Shown here: in pieces, positions 28,679 to 38,243 of the stretch | Layout of the letters: the number at the start of each line of letters is the position of its first letter | How positions within the stretch are numbered: the stretch's first letter is position 1 | Origin: Candidatus Limnocylindria bacterium | GTDB taxonomy: Bacteria; Chloroflexota; Limnocylindria; QHBO01 | DNA: 64,000 bases | Reading direction: 5' to 3' | Assembly: GCA_036556745.1 (NCBI GenBank) | Contig: DATBIW010000122.1 | Span: 15,116 to 79,115, forward strand | Translations under genes and position numbers: made by a program | Notes under the pieces: model-generated | The model's database searches: none | Told to the model about the DNA's origin: nothing | The model's input: only the letters and a program-made list of their open reading frames with translations

Positions 28679-29659
28679 ATGCTCCCGCTCCTGCTCGGCG
28701 TGCTCCTCGCCTTCGGCGGCGTCGTCCTGCTGGCCCCGACCTACATCCGCCTCCTCCAGCGGCTCGGCTTCGGCAAGGCCATTCGGGCGGAGGGACCGGC
28801 GTCCCACGCGGTGAAGGCGGGCACACCGACGATGGGGGGGATGCTGATCATCATCGTCGTCATGTTCCTCGCCATGGCCATGGGCCTCGAGGACGAGAGC
28901 ACCCTGATCCCGATGCTGGCGCTGGTCGGGGTAGGCATCCTGGGCGCGTTCGACGACTACGTGAACATCCGCACCGGATTCGGCGTCCACGGCCGCTACA
29001 AGCTCATCTGGCAGACGATCGTCTCGATCCTGGCCGCGGTCTACATCCAGCGCCACTTCGACATCACCGCGATCAACGTCCCGCTGGTCGGCGAGATCAC
29101 GATCGGCGCGGTGGGCGTGGTGGCCTTCGTCGCCTTCGCCATCGTCGCCATGTCGAACGCGGTCAACCTGACCGACGGGCTGGACGGGCTCGCCTCCGGC
29201 CTGCTCGTCTTCAGCTTCATCGCGTACCTGCTGATCGCGATGATGGCCGTCCCCGGCATGAAGCTCTCCCAGCCGGAGCTCGCGGTCTTCTGCGCGCTCC
29301 TGATCGGGGCGCTGATGGGCTTCCTGTGGTTCAACGTCCACCCCGCCCAGATCTTCATCGGCGACGCCGGCGCGCTGTCGATGGGCGCCACCCTGGCCGT
29401 GGTGGCCACCGTGACCGGCCAGCTGCTGCTGCTCGTGGTCATCGGGATCGTGTTCGTGGCCGTGACCCTCTCGGTCATCATCCAGGTCGCCTCGTACAAG
29501 ACCCGCGGCAAGCGGATCTTCCGGATGACCCCACTCCAGCACCACTTCGAGCTCCTCGGCTGGGCCGAGGAGAAGATCACCCTCCGCTTCTGGATCGTGG
29601 CGGCCCTCGCGGCCCTCCTGGGCTTCAGCCTCTTCCTGGCCTCGACCGGGCTGTCGTGA
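28679..29659 (+). CDS. mraY: phospho-N-acetylmuramoyl-pentapeptide transferase
   Basis: 326 aa, polytopic. GTPTMGG, NAVNLTDGLDGLA and IFIGDAGALSMG motifs. Confidence 0.95.
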   Translation: MLPLLLGVLLAFGGVVLLAPTYIRLLQRLGFGKAIRAEGPASHAVKAGTPTMGGMLIIIVVMFLAMAMGLEDESTLIPMLALVGVGILGAFDDYVNIRTGFGVHGRYKLIWQTIVSILAAVYIQRHFDITAINVPLVGEITIGAVGVVAFVAFAIVAMSNAVNLTDGLDGLASGLLVFSFIAYLLIAMMAVPGMKLSQPELAVFCALLIGALMGFLWFNVHPAQIFIGDAGALSMGATLAVVATVTGQLLLLVVIGIVFVAVTLSVIIQVASYKTRGKRIFRMTPLQHHFELLGWAEEKITLRFWIVAALAALLGFSLFLASTGLS

Positions 29660-31098
29660 TGCCGATGTCGAGCTCGCCCACCCGCCGCACCCTCCCGACC
29701 CGGAGCGCCGATCTGGCCGGACGCCGGACCCTGGTCCTCGGCCTGGCGCGCTCCGGCGTGGCCGCCGCCCGCTTCCTGGCCGATGCCGGGGCGGAGGTGA
29801 CCATCTACGACCGCCGGCCGGCCGCCGAGCTGGCCGACGCCATTGCGTCGCTCGGCAGTCGCCCGATCGGCCTGGCGCTGGCCGCCGATCCGGCCGACCT
29901 GCGGGCCCATCTCGGCACAGCGGACCTCGTCGTCACCAGCCCGTCGATCTCCGCCCGCTTCCCGACCACCGAGCCGTGGCTCCGCGACGCGCTCCTGGAC
30001 GCCGACGCCGCCGGCGTCCCGATCGTCGGGGAGGTGGACCTGTTCCTCCGGCTGACCCGGGCGCAGGTGATCGGCGTGACAGGAACCAAGGGCAAGACGA
30101 CGACGGCGTCGCTGACCGCCGCGATCCTCGACGCGGGCCGGGTTCCCCACGCCCTGGGCGGGAACATCGGGACCCCGCTCATCGAGGACGCGGACCGGAT
30201 GGGCCCCGAGACGTGGGCCGTCCTCGAGCTGTCCGAGCTCCAGCTGCCGATCCTCAGCCGCGGGGTGGACATCGCGGTCTACACCAACGTCCTGGCCGAC
30301 CACCTCGACCGGCATGGGACGGTCGAGGCCTACCGGGCGGTCAAGCGCCGCCTCGCCGACCTGTCCGTCGAATCGGGGCACATCGTCCTGAACCAGGACG
30401 ACCCCGGCTCGGTGGCGATCGGGGAGAGCCTGGCCGGCGCCCGGCTCCACTGGTACGGGCTCGAGCCGCGGCCAGGTGCCGACGCCTGGGTCGAGGATGG
30501 CTGGCTGGTCATCGGCGGCGAGCGGGTCCTGCCGCGCGCGGAGGTTCCGCTCCGGGGGGAGCATCTCCTCCACGACGTCCTCGCGGCGGCCGTGGCCGCC
30601 CGGCTCGCCGGGGTGGACGCCCAGGCCGTGGCCGCCGGCATCCGGTCCTTCGCCGGCGTCCCGCACCGGCTCGAGCCGCTCGGCGTCCACGGCGGCATCG
30701 AGTATGTGAACGACTCGCAGGCCACGATCCCGGTCGCGGCCATCGCCGCGTTGAACGCGTTCGAGGACCGCGGGCTGGTGGTCATCGTCGGCGGCCAGGG
30801 CAAGGGGCTGGCGTATGACGAGCTGGCCGAGGTCATCGTCGCGCGGTGCCGGGCCGCGGTCCTGATCGGCGAGACCGCCGCCGAGCTCGAGCCGCTGCTC
30901 GCCGGGCGGCTCCCGGTCACGCGCAGCGCCTCGATGCCCGACGCGGTGGCCGCCGCCACCGCGGCCGCGCGGCCCGGGGACGTCGTCGTGCTCGCCCCGG
31001 CGGCGGCCAGCTTCGACATGTTCGTGGACTACGCCGCCCGGGGCGACGCCTTCCGGGCGGCCGTGGCCGCCCTCCCCGGTGAGGCGGCACCCCGATGA
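29659..31098 (+). CDS. murD: UDP-N-acetylmuramoylalanine--D-glutamate ligase
   Basis: C-terminal part of the artefactually long track ORF 27217..31098. Starts at ATG 29659 (or GTG 29656), overlapping the mraY stop. Contains LVLGLARSGVAAARFL and GVTGTKGKTT. Confidence 0.9.
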   Translation: MPMSSSPTRRTLPTRSADLAGRRTLVLGLARSGVAAARFLADAGAEVTIYDRRPAAELADAIASLGSRPIGLALAADPADLRAHLGTADLVVTSPSISARFPTTEPWLRDALLDADAAGVPIVGEVDLFLRLTRAQVIGVTGTKGKTTTASLTAAILDAGRVPHALGGNIGTPLIEDADRMGPETWAVLELSELQLPILSRGVDIAVYTNVLADHLDRHGTVEAYRAVKRRLADLSVESGHIVLNQDDPGSVAIGESLAGARLHWYGLEPRPGADAWVEDGWLVIGGERVLPRAEVPLRGEHLLHDVLAAAVAARLAGVDAQAVAAGIRSFAGVPHRLEPLGVHGGIEYVNDSQATIPVAAIAALNAFEDRGLVVIVGGQGKGLAYDELAEVIVARCRAAVLIGETAAELEPLLAGRLPVTRSASMPDAVAAATAAARPGDVVVLAPAAASFDMFVDYAARGDAFRAAVAALPGEAAPR

Positions 31099-32360
31099 CC
31101 GCCGCGGTCGCCGCCCGGGCCGCGACCCGCCGCGCGGCCCGGACGAAGGGCGTCCAGCGCGAGCGGAAGCGCGTCTCGATGCCGCTCCTGGTCGCCGTCC
31201 TCGCGCTGGTCGCCATCGGCGTCGTGATGGTCTACTCGGCCTCGAGCATCAACGCCCTGCTGAACAGCAACGACCCGGCGCGCTACGGCCTCGCCCAGTT
31301 CGCCTTCGCCCTGGTCGGACTGACGGCCATGCTCGTCGTCAGCCGGATCGACTTCCGGATCTACCGGTACTTCGCCATCCCGGCCCTGATCGGCTCGTGG
31401 GTGCTCCTGTTCATCGTGCTGATCCCGGGCATCGGCCACGAGGCCGGCGGGTCGCGCCGGTGGCTGGACATCCCGATCGTGGGCGGATTCCAGCCGGCCG
31501 AGGTCGCCAAGCTGGCGATCGTCCTGTACCTCGCCCATTGGCTCGACCGGCGCGGCAAGGATGCGCACGGCATCCGTGGCGGCCTGATCCCGTTCGGCCT
31601 GCTCGTGGCGCCCGGCTTCGTCCTGATCGCCCTCGAGCCGGACCTCGGCACCGCCGGCGTCTACGTGGTCGCTGCCTTCGCGGTCTTCTTCATGTCCGGC
31701 GCGAGCGTCACCGGGATCATCGCCGTCGTCGGCGCCATCGCGGCGGCGGGCTTCCTGGTCGTGAGCCGCAACCCGTACCAGCTCCAGCGGATCACCAGCT
31801 TCCTCGACCCCGAGAAGGACCCGCTCGGGACCGGCTACAACGCGATGCAGTCCCTCATGGCGCTCGCCATGGGCGGCCTGGTCGGGGTCGGCCTCGGAGC
31901 CAGCCGGCAGAAGTACCTCTACCTGCCGGCGCCGTCCACCGACTTCATCTACGCGATCATCGGCGAGGAGTGGGGCCTGATCGGGACCCTCGTCGTCCTG
32001 TGCCTGTTCCTGGCCATCGCCTGGCAGGGCTACCGGATCGCGGTCCACGCTCCCGACACGTTCTCCGGGCTCCTCGCCGCCGGGATCACGACCTGGATCG
32101 TGGTCCAGGCGGTCATCAACATGATGGTCGTGACCGCGCTGTGGCCGGTCACGGGCATCCCACTGCCGTTCATCAGCTATGGCGGGACGGCACTCATCAT
32201 CAACCTCGTCGCGATGGGAGTCCTGCTCTCGATCAGCCGCGAGGCGCAGACAGGATCGGTGTTCGATGCGCTTGGTGATTTCAGGCGGCGGGACCGGCGG
32301 GCACATCTACCCCGCACTGGCCGTCGCCCGAGCCCTGCGCGAGCTGCGACCCGGGGTTGA
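31095..32360 (+). CDS. ftsW: SEDS-family peptidoglycan polymerase FtsW
   Basis: 421 aa, polytopic. MVYSASS, TDFIYAIIGEEWG and PFISYGGTAL motifs. ATGA overlap with the murD stop. The 3' tail overlaps murG by 95 nt. Confidence 0.9.
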   Translation: MTAAVAARAATRRAARTKGVQRERKRVSMPLLVAVLALVAIGVVMVYSASSINALLNSNDPARYGLAQFAFALVGLTAMLVVSRIDFRIYRYFAIPALIGSWVLLFIVLIPGIGHEAGGSRRWLDIPIVGGFQPAEVAKLAIVLYLAHWLDRRGKDAHGIRGGLIPFGLLVAPGFVLIALEPDLGTAGVYVVAAFAVFFMSGASVTGIIAVVGAIAAAGFLVVSRNPYQLQRITSFLDPEKDPLGTGYNAMQSLMALAMGGLVGVGLGASRQKYLYLPAPSTDFIYAIIGEEWGLIGTLVVLCLFLAIAWQGYRIAVHAPDTFSGLLAAGITTWIVVQAVINMMVVTALWPVTGIPLPFISYGGTALIINLVAMGVLLSISREAQTGSVFDALGDFRRRDRRAHLPRTGRRPSPARAATRG

Positions 32361-33366
32361 GCTCGCGTACGTGGGCGGTGTCCGCGGCTTCGAGCGCCGG
32401 CTGGTGGGGGAGGCCGGCGAGATGCCGTACCACCAGCTGACCGTGCGCTCGCTGCGGTCCGCCGGGCGGAGCGCGCACACCGTCCTCGACCCGCTCCGCC
32501 TGACGGCCGCCACGCCCCAGGCGTGGAACCTCCTGCGCCGCCTCGACCCGGCCGCCCTGTTCTCGACCGGCGGCTACCTGGCCGTGCCCCTGGTCGCCGC
32601 GGCCCGGTCGCGTGGCGTCCCGAGCATCGTCTGGGAGGGGAACGTCGTCCCGGGCCGGGCGACGCGGGCCATCGGCCGCTTCGCGACCCGGGTGGCGGTC
32701 GCCTTCCCACCGACCGCCGAGGTCTTCGCCCCCCGGTCCATGGTCACCGGCACGCCGATCCGATCCTTCGCCGGGCTCACCCGCCAGGCCGCCCGAGACG
32801 CGATGGCCGTGCCGGCCGGGGAGCGGCTGCTCCTCGTCTTCGGGGGGTCGCAGCACACCGCCCGGCTGACCGCCGCCCTGGAGGAGGCCATCCCGACGCT
32901 CGTCGAGGACTGGGTCGTGCTCCACCTGGCCGGCGAGCCTGGCATGGCCCTGGCGAGCGCCACCCGGGACCGCCTGCCGGCGGACCGCCGGGACCGATAC
33001 CGGCCGGAGCCGTACCTGACCGATGACATGGCCGCCGCCCTGCTTGCGGCCGACCTGGTCCTCGGCCGGGCTGGCTCCTCGACCTGCGCCGAGGTCGCCG
33101 CGGTCGGGGTGGCCTCGATCCTCGTCCCGTACCCGTACGCCCACGGTCACCAGGCGGCGAACGCCGCGTGGCTGGCCGACCACGGGGCGGCGGTCGCGGT
33201 CCCCGACGCCGAGCTCACCGGGGAGCGGCTGCTCGCCGAGGCGGCCGCCCTGCGGGACGACGAGCGGCGCGAGGCGATGGCCACCGCCGCGCGGGAGCTG
33301 GGCCGGCCCGACGCCGCCCGCGACGTGGCGGTCGCCCTGCTCGAGCTCGCCGAGGCGCCCCGATGA
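32266..33366 (+). CDS. murG: UDP-N-acetylglucosamine--N-acetylmuramyl-(pentapeptide) pyrophosphoryl-undecaprenol GlcNAc transferase
   Basis: MRLVISGGGTGGHIYPALAVA N-terminus fixes the start at ATG 32266 inside track ORF 32179..33366. Confidence 0.92.
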   Translation: MRLVISGGGTGGHIYPALAVARALRELRPGVELAYVGGVRGFERRLVGEAGEMPYHQLTVRSLRSAGRSAHTVLDPLRLTAATPQAWNLLRRLDPAALFSTGGYLAVPLVAAARSRGVPSIVWEGNVVPGRATRAIGRFATRVAVAFPPTAEVFAPRSMVTGTPIRSFAGLTRQAARDAMAVPAGERLLLVFGGSQHTARLTAALEEAIPTLVEDWVVLHLAGEPGMALASATRDRLPADRRDRYRPEPYLTDDMAAALLAADLVLGRAGSSTCAEVAAVGVASILVPYPYAHGHQAANAAWLADHGAAVAVPDAELTGERLLAEAAALRDDERREAMATAARELGRPDAARDVAVALLELAEAPR

Positions 33367-33376
33367 CGAGGGTGCA

Positions 33377-34330
33377 ATGACGATGGCGACCTCGGCTGGG
33401 CAGACCCTGGCGGCGGCGCTCGCCGCGCTCGACCGGCACGCCGCGGATGCCGGAATCGAGCTCCGCGCCGACGCCCCGCTGGCCCCGATGACGACCCTGC
33501 GGGTCGGCGGCCCGGCCGACCGGCTCGCCGAGCCGCGGTCGCGCGACGAGCTGCTGTCCGTGCTCGCCGCGGCCCGCGAGTCGGGCGTCCCGTGGCTGGT
33601 CATCGGGAACGGCAGCGACCTGGTCGTCGCCGACGCCGGAATCCGTGGCCTCGTCATCCGGAACCGCGCCCGCGAGATCGCCCTCCAAGGCACCACGGTC
33701 AGCGCCGACGCCGGCACGCCCATGGCCCTGCTCGTCAAGCGGGCGACCGCCGCCGGGCTCACCGGACTCGAGTGGGGGATCGCCGTGCCCGGCACCCTGG
33801 GCGGTGCGGTATGGGCCAACGCCGGCGCCCACGGCGGTGAGATGAAGGATCGGCTGACGACGGTCGAGACCTGGAACCCCGACGACGGCGCCATCGGCCG
33901 CCTGCCGAACGCCGCCTGCGGCTTCGGCTACCGCGAGTCGCGGTTCAAGCACGAGCGCCTCGTGATCCTCGGTGCGACGCTCGCCCTCGAGGCGGACGAG
34001 CCCGCCGCGGTGGCCGAGCGGGTCGCCGCATTCCAGGCCCAGCGGGCGGCCACTCAGCCGCTCGCCGAGCAGAACGCGGGCAGCGTCTTCCGCAACCCGG
34101 ACGGCGACCACGCCGGGCGGCTCATCGATGCCGCCGGGCTGAAGGGGGAGCGGGAAGGGACCGCGGAGGTCAGCACCCGGCACGCCAACTTCATCGTCAC
34201 CGACCGGGGCGGCCGAGCCGCCGACGTTCGCCGCCTCGCCGACCGGGTCCGGGCCACCGTCGAGGCGACCGCCGGCGTCCGCCTCGAGTACGAGATCGAG
34301 TTCGTCGGCGACTGGGGCGCATACCGATGA
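33377..34330 (+). CDS. murB: UDP-N-acetylenolpyruvoylglucosamine reductase
   Basis: Inner part of track ORF 33023..34330, from ATG 33377. Contains TTLRVGGPA, LVIGNGSDLVV, AGSVFRNP and HANFIV motifs. Confidence 0.9.
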   Translation: MTMATSAGQTLAAALAALDRHAADAGIELRADAPLAPMTTLRVGGPADRLAEPRSRDELLSVLAAARESGVPWLVIGNGSDLVVADAGIRGLVIRNRAREIALQGTTVSADAGTPMALLVKRATAAGLTGLEWGIAVPGTLGGAVWANAGAHGGEMKDRLTTVETWNPDDGAIGRLPNAACGFGYRESRFKHERLVILGATLALEADEPAAVAERVAAFQAQRAATQPLAEQNAGSVFRNPDGDHAGRLIDAAGLKGEREGTAEVSTRHANFIVTDRGGRAADVRRLADRVRATVEATAGVRLEYEIEFVGDWGAYR

Positions 34331-35439
34331 ACGGGCGGCGTCGGATCGGGGTCTTCGCCGGCGGCCGGTCGGCCGAGCACGAGGTCAGCGTCGCCTCGGC
34401 CGAGGCCATCCTGCGGGCCATCGACCGGGATCGGTTCGAGCCGTACCTCATCTACATCGATGCGGCCGGGGGCTGGCACCTCCCCGCCGGCTCGGCCCCG
34501 GCGCTCGGCCCCGGCGAGAGCCTGGCCCGCCAGCTCGGAACCGAGACGATCGCCGAGCACAGCACCCGGCTCGACCGCGGCGAGCTGACCGCGCCGCCCG
34601 CCCCGCCGTCCACCGACCTCACGGCCCCCAGCGCCGCGCGCGGCCTGGCGGACGCGATCGACGTCGCGTTCCTCGCCATCCACGGTCCGTACGGCGAGGA
34701 CGGCACGCTCCAGGGCTTCCTCGAGCTGACCGGCATCCCGTACACCGGTGCCGGGGTCCTCGCCAGCGCGGTGGCGATGGACAAGGTCGTCTTCAAGGAC
34801 CTCATGCGCGGCCACGGCCTCCCGGTCGTGGACTACGCGGCCGTCTCCCGCGCGGCGTGGCGCCGCGAGCCGCAGGCCGTGGTCGACGACCTCGCCGTCC
34901 GGATCGGGTCGCAGGCCGTCGTGAAGCCGGCCCGCCTGGGGAGCAGCGTCGGGATGAGCCTCGCCCATGACCCCGCCGAGCTGCCGTCCGCCATCGAGGA
35001 GGCGCTCCGCTGGGACGACAAGGTCATCGTCGAGGTCTACCTGGCGGGGGCCCGCGAGTTCGAGTGCGGGGTCCTGGGCAACGACGACCCGGTCGTGTTC
35101 GCCCCGGGCGAGGTGGTCAGCCACCACGAGCTGTACGACTACGAGGCCAAGTACGTCCCCGGCCTGGCCGACGTCCTGCCGCGGGCCGAGGTCGCGCCGG
35201 ACCTGGCCGAGCGGCTCCGGGAGCTGGCGCTGGCCGCCTACCGGGCGGTCGACGCGCGGGGGATGGCCCGGGTCGACTTCCTGGCCGCGGGCGGAGCGGT
35301 CTTCATCTCCGAGATGAACACCATTCCCGGGTTCACGGCCACCTCGATGTTCCCCAAGCAGGCCGAGTTGGCCGGGATCGGCTTCACCGAGCTGATCTCC
35401 CGCCTGATCGAGCTCGCCACCGAGGAGACGGACCGATGA
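34327..35439 (+). CDS. ddl: D-alanine--D-alanine ligase
   Basis: 370 aa. GGRSAEHEVS, HGPYGEDGTLQG, KPARLGSSVG and EMNTIPGFT motifs. ATGA overlap with murB. Confidence 0.95.
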   Translation: MNGRRRIGVFAGGRSAEHEVSVASAEAILRAIDRDRFEPYLIYIDAAGGWHLPAGSAPALGPGESLARQLGTETIAEHSTRLDRGELTAPPAPPSTDLTAPSAARGLADAIDVAFLAIHGPYGEDGTLQGFLELTGIPYTGAGVLASAVAMDKVVFKDLMRGHGLPVVDYAAVSRAAWRREPQAVVDDLAVRIGSQAVVKPARLGSSVGMSLAHDPAELPSAIEEALRWDDKVIVEVYLAGAREFECGVLGNDDPVVFAPGEVVSHHELYDYEAKYVPGLADVLPRAEVAPDLAERLRELALAAYRAVDARGMARVDFLAAGGAVFISEMNTIPGFTATSMFPKQAELAGIGFTELISRLIELATEETDR

Positions 35440-36377
35440 GCGGGCGCCTGTGGGAGCGCACCCGCGCCGCGGGCGCGCGGCATCGCGGCGCGACAAGCAC
35501 CGATGCGCCGTCGCGCCCCCGGACGACCCGGGTCAAGGCCAGGGGCCGGCCGTCGCGGGGCGCGACACCCCCGCCGTCGGTCCCGAAGCGGCGCCGCCGG
35601 CGCCGCCTGAACTGGACGCGAGTGACGGCCGTCTTCCTCTGCGTGCTGCTGCTCATCGTCGGCACCTGGCTGGCGGCCGGCCCGGCGCTCCGGGTCCGGC
35701 AGGTCTCGTACGCCGGGGCCGACTGGACCGGCCGCGACGAGCTCGACGCGGTGACCCGACCGATGATCGGCCAGAGCGTGCTCCTGGTGGACAGCGCCGC
35801 CATCGCCGAGGCGCTGGCCCGCCTGCCGGGCGTCCAGGAGGCTGCGCTCGACATCGGCCTGTTCGGCCGCGTGGAGGTCTCCCTGGTCGAGGGCGACGCG
35901 GTGGCCATCTGGCGCACCGATGCCGCCCAGCTCCTCGTGGCCGAGGACGGCACCGTGGTCGGCGTGCGGCCGCGCGCGGAGGTGCCCACCGGGACAGAGG
36001 CCAACCTCCCGATGGTCGAGGACGGCCGCGAGTCGTCCCACGACCTGTCGTTCGGCGACCAGATCCCGCCGGCCGAGGTGGACGCCGCGGTCCGCCTGGC
36101 CGCTCTCACGCCCGACCAGCTCGGGTCGCAGGCCGGTGCCCTGACCCTTTCCCTGGACGCGACCTACGGGTTCATCCTGTCCTCGCCGCAGGCGGGCTGG
36201 CAGGCCGCCTTCGGGTACTACGGGCTCGATCCGGCCGAGACGCCCGAGGTCGTCGAGGCGCGGCTCCAGTCCCAGGCGAGCGGGCTGCGGACCCTGTTCG
36301 GGTCCCATCCGGAGGCCGGCGTGGCGTGGATCGATATCCGGAATCCGGGAAGGGTATATTTCCGTGCCCGAGGCTGA
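35436..36377 (+). CDS. ftsQ: cell division protein FtsQ/DivIB (POTRA)
   Basis: Inner part of track ORF 35064..36377, from ATG 35436 (ATGA overlap with ddl). Basic cytoplasmic tail, one TM helix and a POTRA-like region (VRQVSYAG...[14 protein letters not shown]). Confidence 0.8.
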   Translation: MSGRLWERTRAAGARHRGATSTDAPSRPRTTRVKARGRPSRGATPPPSVPKRRRRRRLNWTRVTAVFLCVLLLIVGTWLAAGPALRVRQVSYAGADWTGRDELDAVTRPMIGQSVLLVDSAAIAEALARLPGVQEAALDIGLFGRVEVSLVEGDAVAIWRTDAAQLLVAEDGTVVGVRPRAEVPTGTEANLPMVEDGRESSHDLSFGDQIPPAEVDAAVRLAALTPDQLGSQAGALTLSLDATYGFILSSPQAGWQAAFGYYGLDPAETPEVVEARLQSQASGLRTLFGSHPEAGVAWIDIRNPGRVYFRARG

Positions 36378-36765
36378 GACCGCGCGTCAGACGACGCCGG
36401 CAACCGAGCCTCGTCGGAGCGCGGTGTCCTCGAACCTCAGGCTGTGGCTCCCGCTGGTGGGGCTCGGGATCGGCATTCTGCTGGGCCTGATGCTCAACGT
36501 CAGCGTGAGCCCGGAGCTGGCCCGCTACACCGCGGTCGCCATCCTGGCCGGCCTCGACTCGATCCTCGGCGCGGTCCGCGCCGAGCTCGACGGTCATTAC
36601 GACAACCGGATCTTCCTGACCGGCTTCCTGGCCAACACCCTGGTCGCCGTGGTCCTGACCTTCGTCGGCGACCGGCTCGGGATCGACCTGTACCTCGTCG
36701 CCCTGATCGCCTTCGGCCTCCGGATCTTCCAGAACGTGGCGTTGATTCGGCGCCACTTCCTGTAA
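36364..36765 (+). CDS. sbp: small basic protein Sbp (DUF1290)
   Basis: LWLPLVGLGIGILLG...LAGLDSILGAVRA...GLRIFQNVALIRRHF matches my recollection of Bacillus Sbp, which lies between divIB and ftsA. The start may be the GTG at 36424. Confidence 0.8.
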   Translation: MPEAETARQTTPATEPRRSAVSSNLRLWLPLVGLGIGILLGLMLNVSVSPELARYTAVAILAGLDSILGAVRAELDGHYDNRIFLTGFLANTLVAVVLTFVGDRLGIDLYLVALIAFGLRIFQNVALIRRHFL

Positions 36766-36788
36766 GGTCGGCCGCGTTCGAACGGAGG

Positions 36789-38033
36789 ATGCCTTTGGAC
36801 AGGGAGACGGTTCTGGTCGGGATCGACCCCGGCAGCACGAAGGTGACCACCCTCATCGGCGAGGTGACCCCGGCGGGCGACGTGAACGTCGTCGGGTACG
36901 GGATCGCCCCGTCGATCGGCATCAAGAAGGGGATGGTCGCGAACATCGAGCAGACCGTGCAGTCGATCGCCACCAGCATCGAGAAGGCCGAGCGGCTCTC
37001 GGGCTACAAGATCGGCTCAGCCTTCGTGTCCGTCGGCGGCGGTCACATCTCCTCCCAGAACAGTCGGGGCGTGGTGGCGGTCAGCGGCCACCGCCGTGAG
37101 GTGTCCAAGGAGGACATCGCCCGGGCGACCGAGGCCGCGCGGGCGGTCCAGGTGCCTTCCAACCGCGAGATCCTCCACGTCATCCCGCGCGGCTACATCG
37201 TGGACGGCCAGGGCGAGATCAAGGACCCGCTCGGGATGAGCGCCGTTCGGCTCGAAGTCGAGACCCACATCGTGGCCGGGGCGAGCACGACGCTCCAGAA
37301 CCTGACCAAGTGCGTGAGCAACGCCGGGGTCCAGATCGACGAGCTCGTCATCGCCTCGCTGGCGGCGGCCGAGGCGACCCTGACCGATACCGAGAAGGAC
37401 CTCGGCGTGATCATCGCCGACGTCGGCGGCGGGACGACCGACATGGCGGTCTTCGTCGACGGCGCGGTCCACCACTCGGCGGTCATCCCGGTCGGGGGCA
37501 TCCACGTCACGAATGACGTGGCGATTGGGCTCCGGACGAGCCTGAACCTGGCCGAGGACGTGAAGATCCGGCACGGCACCTCGAACGTCGCCGAGGTCCA
37601 GCCCGAGGAGCTCATCACGGTCGCGGTGATGGGCGAAGGCGGCGGGCAGACGATCCAGCGCCGGAAGCTGAGCGAGATCATCGAGGCCCGGATGCGCGAG
37701 CTCTACCAGCTGATCCGCGAAGAGGTGGCCCGCTCGGGGCACGAGAAGCCGCTCCCCGCCGGGTTGGTGCTAACGGGCGGTGGCGCGCGGCTGGCCGGGG
37801 TCGCCGAGCTGGCCCGGGACGTGCTCGAGATGCCGGTCCGGGTGGCGACTCCCCAGGGCGTCGGCGGACTCATGGACCAGCTCACGAACCCCGCGTTCGC
37901 GACGCCGCTCGGGCTCCTCCTGTGGGGCGCCCGCCACGTCGGGGCCGAGCCGATCGGCTACGTGACCCGCTCCCCGGTCAGCGACGGCATGAACCGCGCC
38001 AGGAACTGGGTGAGGAACCTCTTCCCCGGCTGA
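36789..38033 (+). CDS. ftsA: cell division protein FtsA
   Basis: Inner part of track ORF 36444..38033, from ATG 36789 (GGAGGA Shine-Dalgarno directly upstream). Actin-fold motifs VGIDPGSTKV, DVGGGTTDMAV and LTGGGARLAG. Confidence 0.93.
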   Translation: MPLDRETVLVGIDPGSTKVTTLIGEVTPAGDVNVVGYGIAPSIGIKKGMVANIEQTVQSIATSIEKAERLSGYKIGSAFVSVGGGHISSQNSRGVVAVSGHRREVSKEDIARATEAARAVQVPSNREILHVIPRGYIVDGQGEIKDPLGMSAVRLEVETHIVAGASTTLQNLTKCVSNAGVQIDELVIASLAAAEATLTDTEKDLGVIIADVGGGTTDMAVFVDGAVHHSAVIPVGGIHVTNDVAIGLRTSLNLAEDVKIRHGTSNVAEVQPEELITVAVMGEGGGQTIQRRKLSEIIEARMRELYQLIREEVARSGHEKPLPAGLVLTGGGARLAGVAELARDVLEMPVRVATPQGVGGLMDQLTNPAFATPLGLLLWGARHVGAEPIGYVTRSPVSDGMNRARNWVRNLFPG

Positions 38034-38095
38034 GCGACCGGCCCCGTGGCGGGCCCGATTGTGGAGCGCCCGGGCGGCCATCCACCACGGCAGCG

Positions 38096-38131
38096 GAGGT
38101 TGTGGACAACTCCGGCCGAGGTTGTGGACAG
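38096..38131 (+). promoter_or_regulatory. two 13-nt direct repeats GAGGTTGTGGACA containing high-GC-type DnaA boxes
   Basis: Copies at 38096-38108 and 38118-38130, 22 nt apart start to start. TGTGGACAA (38101-38109) is the exact complement of TTGTCCACA. A third TTGTGGA lies at 38059-38065. TACACT -10-like hexamer at 38162-38167. Confidence 0.45.
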
Positions 38132-38243
38132 ACCCGGTTTTCGGCCGGAAGGACCGATCGGTACACTGGCGGCAGGCCCATTCACTCTGGGTTCGGACCC
38201 TTCCCGTGCCCGGCCATAGTCGCAAGCACCCAGGAGAAGACCC

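Noticed and set aside
27217-31098. 1293-aa plus-strand ORF spanning murF, mraY and murD
   Set aside because: Only its last 480 codons (murD, from 29659) look like protein. The upstream part is an Arg/Pro/Gly-rich out-of-frame read-through of murF and mraY. Long stop-free stretches in non-coding frames are expected at this GC content.
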